64,000 nucleotides of DNA. Origin: Octopus sinensis (lineage: Eukaryota). Both the position numbers and the translations under genes were made by a program. Numbering within the stretch: position 1 is the stretch's first letter; every line of letters begins with the position of its first letter. The stretch spans positions 23,946-87,945 of the forward strand of contig NW_021833449.1 in the NCBI RefSeq assembly GCF_006345805.1, written 5' to 3'. The notes under the pieces are model-generated. The model did no database searches and was not told where the DNA came from. It was given only the letters and a program-made list of their open reading frames with translations. Below, in pieces: positions 40,686 through 53,473 of the stretch.

Positions 40686-41990
40686 ATCCGTTTCCATGTT
40701 TGTTTCTACGTTTTCGTTTCTCGTTGATTTCTACGTCTATTTGTGGTGTCCTGTACTCACGTATATATATTTGTATATGAATGTATATGTACATGTAGAT
40801 GTAGGTACGTACATATAAGTATGTATGTATGTATGCATATATTTTATTTATTAAATTATTGCATGACTGAGCGCCCCCGCGTCGTTTCGTTTCCTTTCCT
40901 TTCTTTCTCCAAGTAAGTTTTTAATATATAATTATGACGCGAAACTCTATTACCCTTTGTTTGACCTTCCCTTCCTTCCTATCTGTCTTCCTCTTATTTT
41001 CACTCCTTATTCTTCACCCTTTCTGGTTTCCTTTCCTCTCTATCTCACTCTCACTCCTCATTTCTCTCAGAGCCGGGTCGACCAACTTCCTTTCGCTGGC
41101 GGCCTCCTACAAGTGAACACGCTTTTTTCCTGCGCTCTTGAATTTTTCCTCGTCTAGGCTAAAAAATGGCCCTCATTATTTGTTTCCTTGTTTGTACTTA
41201 TTTCTTGTACTGTATTTTTTTTGTACTTGTATTTTTATTTTGTATTTGTTTTTGTATTTGTATTTTTATTTGTATTGGTTTTACGTCCTGTTTTTGTCAC
41301 ATTTTTTCTTTCCTTGTTTTTACCCCTCTGCAAAGGAATTTTATTTAATTCTTTCGCAGGAAGGGCCAGTTCGACGAGTCGTGTTCTGTCCTTACCTTCG
41401 AAACACGCATGGAGTCGAACTAGGGACAGCTGATGAAGGGGAATTTTCCTTGTGTTGTTTGTCTTGTACTCTGTTTTTTCGTTGTTAAAAAAAGATCCGT
41501 TTCCATGTTTGTTTTTACGTTTTCGTTTCACGTTGAGTTCTACGTCTATTTGTGGTGTCCTGTACCCACGTATATATATTTATATATGCATGTATATATA
41601 CATGTAGATGTAGGTACGTACATATATGTATGTATGTATGCATATATTTTATTTATTAAATTATTGCATGACTGAGCGCCCTCGCGTCGTTTCGTTTCGT
41701 TTCCTTTCTGTTCTCCAAGTAAGTTTTTCATATATATATATATATATTATATATATATATATATATATATGGGTACAGGACGTCACAAGACGTAAACAAC
41801 ATGAAATACGAAGACACACATGGGTATGTGAACAACGAGAGAAACAAAACGAAAACAAGACAAGTGACATAAAGAACGACCCTTCATCAGTTGTGGGCCG
41901 TCTATCTATTCCTCATTTCAATAGACAACCGACAACTGATGAAGACTCGTTCCTTATATCACTTGTCTTGTTTTCCATTTGTTTCTCTCT
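40686..41990. mobile_element. Cluster of direct and inverted copies of one repeat, probably Penelope-like pseudo-LTR material
   Basis: A ~235-bp direct repeat (40686-40925 and 41496-41728), an inverted homologue at 41770-41895, a 58-bp-arm palindrome at 41837-41988, and three CTGATGAAG motifs. No RT or GIY-YIG ORF was seen. Confidence 0.5.
41380..41441 (+). ncRNA. Candidate non-circularly permuted (rearranged) hammerhead ribozyme
   Basis: CGUGU-U-CUGUCCUUA-C-CUUC-GAAA-CACG ... UAGGGACAG-CUGAUGA-A-GGGG. Stem III is 41380-84/41403-07, stem I is 41386-94/41421-29 (8 WC + 1 GU), and stem II is 41396-99/41438-41 (2 GC + 2 GU). All three abut the core residues in register, but the strand order is scrambled. 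Confidence 0.6.
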
Positions 41991-42086
41991 CTATATATGT
42001 ATGTATGTATGTATGTATGCATTTATGTATGTATTTATGTATGTATGTATGTATGTTGTATGTATGTATATGTGTGTATGTATATA

Positions 42087-42138
<52 letters not shown>

Positions 42139-42501
42139 ATATATATAGGCGCAGGAGTGGCTGTGTGGTAAGTAGCTTGCTAACCAATCACATGGTTCCG
42201 GGTTCAGTCCCACTGCGTGGCAGCTTGGGCAAGTGTCTTCTGCTATAGCCCCGGGCCGACCAATGCCTTGTGAGTGGATTTGGTAGACGGAAACTGAAAG
42301 AAGCCTGTCGTATATATGTATATATATAAGTGTGTGTGTATATGTTTGTGTATCTGTGTTTGTCCCCCTAGCATTGCTTGACAACCGATGCTGGTGTGTT
42401 TACGTTTCCGTCACTTAGCTGTTCGGCAAAAGAGACCGATAGAATAAGTACTGGGCTTACAAAGAATAAGTCCCGGGGTCGATTTGCTCGACTAAAGGCG
42501 G

Positions 42502-42579
<78 letters not shown>

Positions 42580-43387
42580 TGCAATCCTAGTAGTCACTTG
42601 CAATCTTTCCCGCTCTTTTTTTAAAAAATAAATAAGCTTTAATTTGTAGTATCATCTCGTCGTTTCATCACTAAAAGTTGGTTGTAACACACAAATTAAT
42701 ACACTTCTAACATTAATATGAATGTATGTGTATATTTAGGTATAGCAGTGTGTGTGTATGTGTGTGTCTGTGTATCTGTGTGTATGTATGAGTGTGTGTG
42801 CATTTGACATGTTATAACATAAACTAAAAAGAATCCAGCACTGATAACATCATCACAGCTGCAATAACTTATACAACAATGAACACTACATAAAAAAACC
42901 TCTGCAGGTGTTCAGGCCAGGACTGCAATGTACGAAGATTTTTTTATGTTTATATTTTGCTTAAATTTTTCATTTTTCTTTCTTTCTTCTTTGTGTTAAC
43001 ATCCCTGCCGCTATTTTCTTTTATGCCATTTTTTAAAATTTTCATTTTAAATTTTGCTCAATTTATTTGTGTATGTTCAAGTTATTTCCCTTGATTCGTT
43101 ATTTGCTTTCTTTTGTTATGTTTTGTTTACTTCCTTTTATTTCATGTTTTCCTTCCTTTACGTACTTTTTTCTTTTCTATTGCTTCTCTTCTTTCATTCT
43201 TTTTTTATTGTTAATTTTTGACTTTGTATATTTTTGCTGGTTTTATTTTAATTGTTTTACATGTGCAGTTGCTACATATATATTTTTTTTTGTAATTTTT
43301 TGAAAATTTTCCGTTTATCTGCAAATTTTTTTATTGTTCTAGCCTTTCATTTTTGTGCTTTTGATTGTAGCGTTTTTGAAAGTTTCG

Positions 43388-43433
<46 letters not shown>

Positions 43434-43489
43434 TATTATAATTATTATTATTATTATTATTATAATTTTTTATTATTATTATTAGTAGT

Positions 43490-43530
<41 letters not shown>

Positions 43531-43850
43531 CATATTATTATTATTATCATTATTATTATCATTGTTATTATTTTTATTTTTATTACCACCACTACTGTTA
43601 TTATTATTTATTATTATTATTACTATCATTATTACTATCATTACTATTATTATTACTATCATTATTATTATTATTATTATTATTATCATCATCATTTTTG
43701 TTGTCATTAAAATTATTATTATTATTATTATTGTTGTTGTTGTTATTATTTTTAATTTTATTACTACCACTACTAAATTATTATTTACTATTATTATTAC
43801 TATTATTATTTTCATTAAAATTATCATTAAAATTATTATTATTGTTATTA

Positions 43851-43912
<62 letters not shown>

Positions 43913-45097
43913 TGCTATGTTGACCAATGTACTTTGTTTTTCTTTTATCTGTCCATGTATCATAAAATACCAAATATAATAGACACACCCCACCCAAATC
44001 TGGTTCGGAATTGACACATCTAATAATTCAAGGTATTAGGTAACAATATCTTATTTCCACATCCACTTTTACTTCCTAAAATTTCACAATGGTGTAACAG
44101 AGCCTTGATAATTAGTAAATATCGCATAGCAAGTTGTATAATAAAATCTTTTGTATTTTTGCAATCATGATATAAATGAACAAATAAATACAAATATAAT
44201 ATCATATGTTATGATATGATATTATATTATATAATAGGCGTAGGAGTGGCCGTGTGGTAAGTAGCTTGCTTACGAACCACATGGCTCCGGGTTCAGTGGC
44301 ACTGCGTGGCACCTTGGGCAAGTGTCTTCTACTATACCCTCGGGCCGACTAAAGCTTTGTGAGTGGATTTGGTAGACGGAAACTGAAAGAAGCCCGTCGT
44401 GTATATGTATATATATATATGTGTGTGTGTGTGTATGTGTGTGTGTGTCTATGTTTGTCCCCCCCAAAATCACTTGACAACCGATGCTGGTGTGTTTACG
44501 TCCCCATAACTTAGCGGTTCGGCAAAGGAGACTGATAGAATAAGTACTAGGCTTCCAAAGAATAAGTCCTGGGGTCGATTTGCTCGACTAAAGGCGGTGC
44601 TCAAGCATGGCGGTAGTCAAATGACTGAAACAAATAAAAGAGCAAAAGTGTAAAAAGTGTAATATTATGTAATATAACACATCAAATATATATATATATA
44701 TATACATATAAATTATATTTTGGCACATAGGCGTAGGAGTGGCTGTGTGGTAAGTAGCTTGCTTACCAACCACATGGTTCCGGGTTTTACTTTATCTTCT
44801 CTTTTATTTTATCTATCTATCTCTTTCTCTCTCCATCTCTTTCTTTCTCTTTTCCTCTCTCTCTCTCTTTCTCTCTTTCTCTCTTTCCGGTTTATACCTT
44901 TAATTCAAATTCTCCCCATTGTGCACATTGTGTCACGCCAAATAAGCCTAAATATTACGTTAAAAGTACACGAGTCTGCTGAATACGCAGCCATATACAA
45001 GTTCATTTAAATAACATCCCAGCAACTGAATGCTCATCGTCGACAAGGACGAAGAACCCATCATATTTACACCTACACATATATTTACGAAACATAC

Positions 45098-45171
45098 CGT
45101 GCAGTTTCATTTATGTAATCCTGACGTCATCGCCCGAATTTTAATATGTCGTTCCAGCAATCTTTGCTAAT
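45098..45171 (-). other. Candidate 5' UTR/start exon
   Basis: Acceptor caatttttag and donor CACG|gtatgt. All frames are closed except a terminal ATG AAA CTG CAC G (ATG at 45110). Confidence 0.3.
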
Positions 45172-45757
45172 CTAAAAATTGATTGAAATTTTGGAATTTA
45201 TATAACAAAAAAACAAATTATACAAAAATAATATCAAAAAATTACACATTTATATAATTTTCTGGTTGTTTACATAAAACTTGATGTTTTTGTTGATCTT
45301 GGTTTAGCTGTTTATTGTTGATAACGACGTTGATGGTATTGTTGTTGTTGTTGGTCTTCATTACCGCATATACACTTCTTTCTCCTGATTTATATTCTGT
45401 TTAATCCCGTTTGTTTATTTAAATTTTGTTTACGTTTATGCTTACTTTGTGCATGTTATGGTATTGACGATTGATATTGCCTGGCTTTTGTTTTTTTTTT
45501 TTATACCAATATTATATATTGCACTTCATGTTTCGTGTTTTGTTGTTGATGTTGTTGCTGTTGATATTATTTTTTGGGGTGGTTTTATAGTTGTTATCGC
45601 CGATAATTTTTGTCAATGGTGAGATACGTGTGGCTTTCAGTAATATTCTTGTTCTTGTTCTTCTTGTCTCACCAGTAATATTAGTTTTGTTAATAAAGGC
45701 GGCGAGCTCTGAAGAAACGTTAGCACGCCGGGCGAAATACGTAGCCGTATTTCGTCT

Positions 45758-46710
45758 GAGTTCAAATTCCGCCGAGGTAGACTTTGCCTTCCACCCTTTA
45801 GGGGTCGATAAATTAAGTACCAGTTACGCACTGGGGTCGATATAATCGACTTAATCCGTCTATCTGTTCTCGTTTGTCTCCTCTGTGTTTAGCCCCTTGT
45901 GGGTAGTAAAGAAATATGTATTTCGACTGCCTCTACGTTCTGAGTTCAAATTCTGCCGAGGTTGACTTTGCCTTTCATCCTTTCGGGGTCGATAAATTAA
46001 GAGCCAGTTGCGCACTGGGGTCGATATAATCGACTTAATCCGTCTATCTGTCCTTATTAGTCTCCTCTGTGTTTAGCCCCTTGTGGATAGTAAAGAAATA
46101 GGTATTTCGTCTGTCTTTACGTTCTGAGTTCAAACTCCGCCGAGGTCGACTTTGCCTTTTATCCTTTCGGGGGGTAGATAAATTAAGTACCAGCTGTGTT
46201 CTGGGTCGATCTAATCGACTGACCCCTCCCGCAAACTTTCGGGTTTTGTATCTTGAGTAGAAAATAATATTTAGCCATGTGCAAGGCGGCTAGCTGGCAG
46301 AATCGTTACCATGCCGGGCAGAATACTTAGCGATATTTCGTCCGTCTTCGGGTTCTGAGTTCAAATTCCAGCAAAGTTGACTTTATCTTTTATCCATGCA
46401 TGGTCGATAAAATAAATACCAATTTGTGTCAGGGGTCGATGCAAGTGACTTACACCCTCCGCCGAAATTGCTGGCCTTGTACTAAAATTTGAAATCAATA
46501 TTTAATAACAAACCAAAGCAGCGAGCTGGCAGAATCGTTAGCACGCTAGATAAGACGCTTAGCCGTGTTTCGTCCGTTTTGAGTTCAAATGCGGCCCTAG
46601 TCAACTTTGCCTTTCATTCTTTCAAAGTCGAAAGATTAAGTACCAGTTGAGCACTGGAGTCGGTCTAGTCCACTTAACCCTCCGCCGAAATTGCTGGCCT
46701 TGTACTAAAA
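45758..46710 (+). mobile_element. SINE family B cluster (multimeric copy followed by two further copies)
   Basis: Two long units ending gtagtaaagaaata, a third unit with the alternative tail, then heads at 46265 and 46520. Confidence 0.8.
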
Positions 46711-47800
46711 TTTGAAACCAATATTTAAATCACTATCCTTTCAGTTCAGATTTCGAATCTCAAAGATTCAGGTATTGCTATTCATAAAGTTCTTCTTCTT
46801 CTTCTTCTTCTTCTTCTTCTTCTTCTTCTTCTTCTTCATCTTCTTCTTCTTCTTCTTCTTCTTCCAATCAGGACTCATGCCATTAGCCACAAAGAATAAT
46901 CTCTAATTCGAGCCTACCCTAAGCTACTAAGAATGCGTGCGTGTGGCAACTTGAAGATCCACCTACCACTCGCGATAGACTGGCGAAAGCTACGTTGTTA
47001 TCCTCATTCCGTAAACGGTGGCTTTTTTAACGAGTGGAGAGCTGAACCATCCTGGGGTATAGAGGGTTCGCAATCTAGACTAGGGTCTGAAAGTTTACCA
47101 CACCATAGTGGGTTACACCATGGTTCCTCTGCTTTGTGGAAGAGGTAGGAAGAAAGAGTGAGAGAAAGTTGTGGTGAAAGAGTACAGCGGCGTTCACCAC
47201 CCAACCTCCGCCGGAGCCTCGTGGATATTAGGTGCTCTTGCTCAATAAACACTCACAATGCCCGGTTTGGGAATCGAAACGGCGTTCTTACGACGGCGAA
47301 TCCGCTGCCCTAACCACTGGCCCATTGCGCCTCGAGTCTTGTTATTGTAGTTGTTTCTGTTGGCATTATTGATAATGTTGTGGCTGGTGTAGTTGCCGTG
47401 GTTGTTGTTGTTCTTAATGTCATTGCTTAATCCGTTGCTGCTCTTATTGCTAGTGCCAAAGGGTAACAAAACTATAACCTTTGAAAAGGATACAGGGTGC
47501 CCCAGCACGGCCGCAGCCCTATGTGGGGAAAATATATAAAACAAGCAATAAAACCAATAAACATTGCAATAACGATGATAATACAGAGCAGTGATTAAAA
47601 AGGAAGGGGCGGAGGAGGAAGGGGAGGAGGCAAAGGAAGGGGATGAGGGGATGAGGGGAAGAGGAAAAGGGGAAGTGGAGGAACAGGAGGAAAAAGAAAA
47701 GGAAGAACGCGTCAACCGTGACGTAATTTTCATTAATATACAAAATTTTCATTAATAATATATATATATATATTATATATGTTATTGTTATATGTATGTA

Positions 47801-47845
<45 letters not shown>

Positions 47846-47906
47846 TATATATATATATACTAATATAAGTATATATAATATATATATATATGTATGTATA
47901 TGTATG

Positions 47907-48001
<95 letters not shown>

Positions 48002-48341
48002 GTATACATATATATGTACGTATGCATATCTAGCTATGTATGTATGTGAATGTATGTATGTATGTATGTATCTCTCTATCTATCTATCTACATATGTATA
48101 TATATATGAATATATGTACGTATATATATGTGTGTGCGCGTGTGTGTGTGTATGTGTATATGTGTATATATATAATTATATGTATGAAGACATATGTACA
48201 TATATGTGTTTATGCGTGTGTGTATATATATATATATGTAGATAGATGGATAGATACATACATACATACATACATGCATACGTATATATATATGTATATG
48301 CGTATGTATATGCATATATACATATATATATATATATATGT

Positions 48342-48377
<36 letters not shown>

Positions 48378-49293
48378 TGTATATATATATACATGTGTGT
48401 GTGTATAAGCTGTCATTTCTGTAACTATATAAGTTGTATTAAAAATGACGTCTCATATTCTTATATTTTATATTGAATCACTTTATTCCTTGTTATATTC
48501 GTCAACATGCTTTTTATATTATTATTATTCTGTTATATATCCAATTGATACTGAATTGTCTTTTTTAACCATATTCATTGCATTTGTTGTTATTATTGTT
48601 ATTGTCGTTGTTGACTTAGCTTCCTCTTTTAAATATATATTTTTTTTTAATATTTGTTATATTTTTGTCGAATATTTCCCCTGGATCTTCCTGGATATTT
48701 ATAGATGTTTATATCATTTTAATATTTTTGCGCTTAATTTTAATTTTGTATGCCTAGTTATAGCTGATTGCTGTGTTATATAGTCGTATTATATTTGTCT
48801 TGTATGTCATTCATATTGGTGTCGTTGCCGTTGTCGTCTTCGCCATCGATATTATTGTTGTTTTTGCTATCGTTGTGTTTGTTGTTGTTGTTGTTGTCAC
48901 TGTTCATTTAACTTCCATTCATATTTCTTGGCTTTTATTAATATATTTTTAATTTTTGCGGATTTAGCAGTTTTTTTTACTTTGATTTCAATGTTGTTGT
49001 TGTTGTTATATTTGTTGTTAATCGCTATTGTTGTTGGTTTTTGTGGTTGTTATTTATTACGTTTATTAATTGTCAGTAGTTTATACATACACACACACAT
49101 ACACGCATACATTTATACACACAAATCCATGTGTATATGCGCGTATATATATTCTTTTGGATGCTGTTAGGGAATTAGTTTTTTTTTTAAAGAAATTATA
49201 ATATTCTTTCCCTCGAGTTTTTAATTAATTTAAATTAGTCGCATATTTTCTTAATGGATTTTAAGGTGATGATGCTGCTGCTGATGCTGCTGT

Positions 49294-49328
<35 letters not shown>

Positions 49329-50018
49329 GTGATGATAATGATGATGATGATGATGACGACAATGTTGGATATACCAACGCTCGTTGTAGTAACGCTGATG
49401 GTTGTGGTGGTTGTAGTGATTGTAATAGTGGTTTTGGTGGTGGTCGTGGTCGTGGTCGTGGTGGTAGTGGTGCTGGTGCTGGTGGTGCTAGTGGTGGTAG
49501 TGGTGGCAATGATGATCCTGCTGGTGCTGGTGAGGTGGTTGTGGCGATGGTGGTTATAGTGGTGGTAGAGATGATGTCGGTGGTGGTGAAGGTTGTAGCA
49601 GTGATGGTGAAGGTGGTGGTGGTGGTGATGATGGTGGTGGTGGTGGTGGTGGTGTTATTGGTGGTGATATTGGTAGAGGCGGCGGCGGTAGTGTTGGTGG
49701 TGGTGGTGGTGGCGGCGGCGGTGGTGGTAAGGGTAGTATCTCGGGAGCAGTGCTGAAAATTATGTCGACACCATTAGTAGTAGTAGTAATAGCTGTTGTT
49801 GTTGGTCTAGTAGTAGAAGTAGCGGTAGTGGTGGTGGTGGTGATGATGATGATGATAGTCGCAGGTGGTACATGTGGTCGTGTTGCGTCAGCGGTTATTG
49901 TGATCGTGATGCTTTCATATTCGTGATTCGTAGTGATAATAGCGGTGATGGTGATGCCGTAAGTTCGGTTCAGCTTATTAGGATGTTGTTGCTGTTACTG
50001 CTCTTCTTCTTGTTTTAT

Positions 50019-50051
50019 CTGACGACTCCACTAGAGTGGACGCAAGCGCTA
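50019..50051 (+). ncRNA. Degenerate hammerhead motif
   Basis: CUGACGA-CUCCAC-UAGA-GUGGAC-GCAA-GCGC-UA. Stem II hairpin and palindromic stem III (AGCGCU) are retained. GAAA is mutated to GCAA and the closing pair of stem II is lost. Confidence 0.45.
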
Positions 50052-50172
50052 AGTATGTGATTTATAAAAGTTATACTTTCAGAGTAGAATTCTACGATTC
50101 TCCGCACCAGATTATTGAAAACATAGATACTAACAGGGACAAAAACAGTCCCAAAAGTGCCGATCGAGAATT

Positions 50173-50223
50173 CTTAATACTGACGCGTCAGTTTCGGCAA
50201 ATTCCTTTGCCTCATCAGTTAAG
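50173..50223 (-). ncRNA. Intact type I hammerhead ribozyme with palindromic stem III (Penelope-like-element type)
   Basis: Minus strand reads CUUAA-CUGAUGA-GGCAAA-GGAA-UUUGCC-GAAA-CUGACGCGUCAG-UA-UUAAG. The core is invariant, stem I is 5 bp, stem II is 6 bp, and stem III is a perfect palindrome. The GUA cleavage triplet puts the predicted cut between 50178 and 50177. Confidence 0.9.
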
Positions 50224-50756
50224 GCAGCTCGGCTTCTGCTCTTATTTATTTTATTTAAGCACATGGCCTTTATAAAGAGAGGTCACCGCAAGAACAGACA
50301 AGACAATACATGAGGTACATAAAAACATATAACGATTATATTAAGAATATGAATGAATTCTCTTTCTGGACCGGCTTCGCCATTACTACGGCATCCAAAT
50401 AATTGGATCATTTAGCAATTCGCTAATGTGTATATATTAAATTAATATAAAAGGCAGTTTGCAATGTTTCACCAGAAATAGGAATTAAAATATCACTAAA
50501 TGTGACCAGGGTGTTAGGAAACACCTACATTGCTAGAAATAAGAGTTAAATAGCTCTCATACTGTAGTTAATGCACATAAATGAAAACAGATACACCAAC
50601 AGGGACCATAATAGTCCCCAGTCACGCACACACACACACACACATATTTATATTCTTTTCTTTTTTAGATATATTTCAGTCCAAAGGATACTGCTACATG
50701 CTAGAACACCGCCAGTGTAATCCCCTTTTCAGGGGCCATTCATATGCGATTGGCTT

Positions 50757-50787
50757 CTGATGAAGAAGGGAGTTCGACACAGCTGCC
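50757..50787 (+). ncRNA. Degenerate hammerhead motif
   Basis: CUGAUGA-A-GAA-GGGAG-UUC-GACA-CAGCUG-CC. Palindromic stem III, with two core substitutions (A14, U16.1). Confidence 0.45.
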
Positions 50788-51197
50788 CTGGTATATGCAT
50801 GCATGTATGTATGTATGTATGTATGTATGTATGTATGTATGCATGTATCTATGTGTATATGTATGTATGTATGCATGTATTATTATGTTTGTATGCATGC
50901 ATGTATGTATGCATGCATGCATGTATGTATGTATGTATTATGTATGTATGCATGTATGTATGCATGTACTGTGTTTGTATGTATGTTTGTGTGTGTGAGT
51001 TTGTGTGTGGGTAAAATTTTGGACCGACAGAGAGAATGAGTGAAAGAATGTTGCAGGGATCACCACCACCGTGGAGCTTTTAGGTGTTTTCACTCAATAA
51101 ACACCCGCAACGCCCGGTCTGGGAATCGAAACCGCGATCCTACAACCGCGAGTCCACTGCCCTAACCACTGGGCCATTGCACCTCCACAATATATAT

Positions 51198-51291
<94 letters not shown>

Positions 51292-51427
51292 ATATATAAA
51301 AATATATTCTTCTAACATAATGACTCAAATTATTCTTTAACCTTATAAAACAAGCCTTCTGTAGTTTTTCCACTCTTTACTATTTTCTATATTTCCAACC
51401 ACGTGCTTTCACACACCAACTTTCTTA

Positions 51428-51473
<46 letters not shown>

Positions 51474-51973
51474 ATTTCTATCTGCATTTCCGCTTGAATG
51501 GGTTTGTCTCAGTACATATCTCTTCTTTGTGGTCTTTTAGGAGGAGGAAAAGGGGACGAGGGTGGAAAAAGTGGAGGATGTTTGATATTTGTATGTTACT
51601 CTTTCTTTTGTTTTGTATTCTGTGATTCATCGAATGGAAGAAAGCTAATGAAATTATAACTAACTCTAATAAAGACAGATGTTTGACATAACGAATACAC
51701 TGGGAAGCAGCAGCGGGATCGATACCACCACGGCAAAGATTCTGGTTCAACACAATCACTTCTACCATTACTATCACCACGACAAACCAATACTGTGTCC
51801 AACACCACTACTACCACTACCACCACCACCAACAACAACAACAACAAGAGCAACAACAAAAGAAACAACAAGAAGATCAACAACAATACATCCATCAACA
51901 GCAGTGGAGGCGCAATGGCCCAATAGTTAGGGCAATGAACATGTGTGTGTGTGTGTGTATGTGTCTGTGTGTG

Positions 51974-52033
<60 letters not shown>

Positions 52034-53010
52034 CGAGCTTCTTTCATTTTCCGTCTACCAAATCCATTTACAAGGAAGTGGTCGTCCTGATGCTATCAAA
52101 GAGGCCACTTACGGAAGGTGCCACGCAGTGGGACTGAACCGGGAACCATGTGGTTGGGAAGCAAGCTTGAAGACAAGCCCACCAATCTTAACAAGATCTA
52201 AACCAACAATAAAATTGACAACAACAACAACGCTAACAGCAACAGCAACAGCAACAGCAGTGGAGGCGCAATAGCCCAGTGGTTAGGGCAGCGGACTCGC
52301 GGTCGGAAGATCGCGGTTTCGATTCCCAGACCGGGCGTTGTGTGTGTTTATTGAGCGAAAACACCTAAAGCTCCATGAGGCTCCATGAGACTTCCTACGC
52401 AACCGCTGAGCCTGGATGCGCATTCATCCATCCGTCGATGCTCTCGGTGTCATGGGTTGACCTGCTTTCTCTTCTGCGGGTCTTACGAATAGCAAAGGAC
52501 CACGTTTCGGACTTCCCCCACTAGGACGAAGAGCCGGAAGCTCGTGGAGAATAAGGTGTTTTCGCTCAATAAACCACCAACTCTACGATAAATACACAGA
52601 CGAGCAATGCAATGAATATTTTTTTTCAATAGGCCTGCCTTCAGGATGGAATATGAAGGCAGTTTAATACATACCCCAATATCAATTGATTTCATGCTGT
52701 ACATGATAAACATGTTTTGAAAACCTCAGTTGGAGACAGTATTTAACATGTATTTGTAAAATATTCATTATGTCAACTCGTTGTGCGTTTCTAACCTTAA
52801 ACGTCCCATATATGTATTTATCGTAGAATTTGTGGATTTTTTAAGCTTTCGCTTTGATTTTTAGCAAGCTGTATCTTTACCCTTCTTTTCTTTAAATATT
52901 TTATATTCTACCTGTTTAGGTAGAAGTCTTGCTAGCCACCTCATTATTATTGTTTTTTAACAGTAATAATACTTCACGTATTTACTTTATATTTATATAT
53001 ATATATATAT

Positions 53011-53320
53011 ATCACCATGATCACCATGATCACCAGGCTATCAGATGTTGCCACACATCGCTGGTCACAATGCGCTTCGCATTGTTTTAGCCTTCAAATG
53101 ACGCCACCCCGCTGGCTATGCGAGCAGGCCAACAGAAGAAAGAGTGATAGAGATTGTAGCGAAAGAGTACAGCAGGGATCGTCACCACCCCCTGCCGGAG
53201 CCTCATGGAGAATTTAGGTGTTTTCGCTCAATAAACATTCATAACGCCCGGTCTGGGAATCGAACCGCGATCCAACAATCGCAAGTCTGCTGCCCTAACA
53301 CTGGGCCATTGCGCCTCCGT
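53011..53320 (-). mobile_element. SINE family C, tail type 2
   Basis: Same head and middle; tail ends (ggtgatcat)n. Other C copies or fragments at 33030-33335, 34100-34210, 37400-37535, 47150-47335, 51020-51190 and 52259-52385. Confidence 0.8.
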
Positions 53321-53321
53321 A

Positions 53322-53473
<152 letters not shown>

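Noticed and set aside
52490-52530. Possible hammerhead on the minus strand (GTCCGAAACGTGGTC)
   Set aside because: There is no CUGANGA (reads CUAGUGG) and no stem I pairing.
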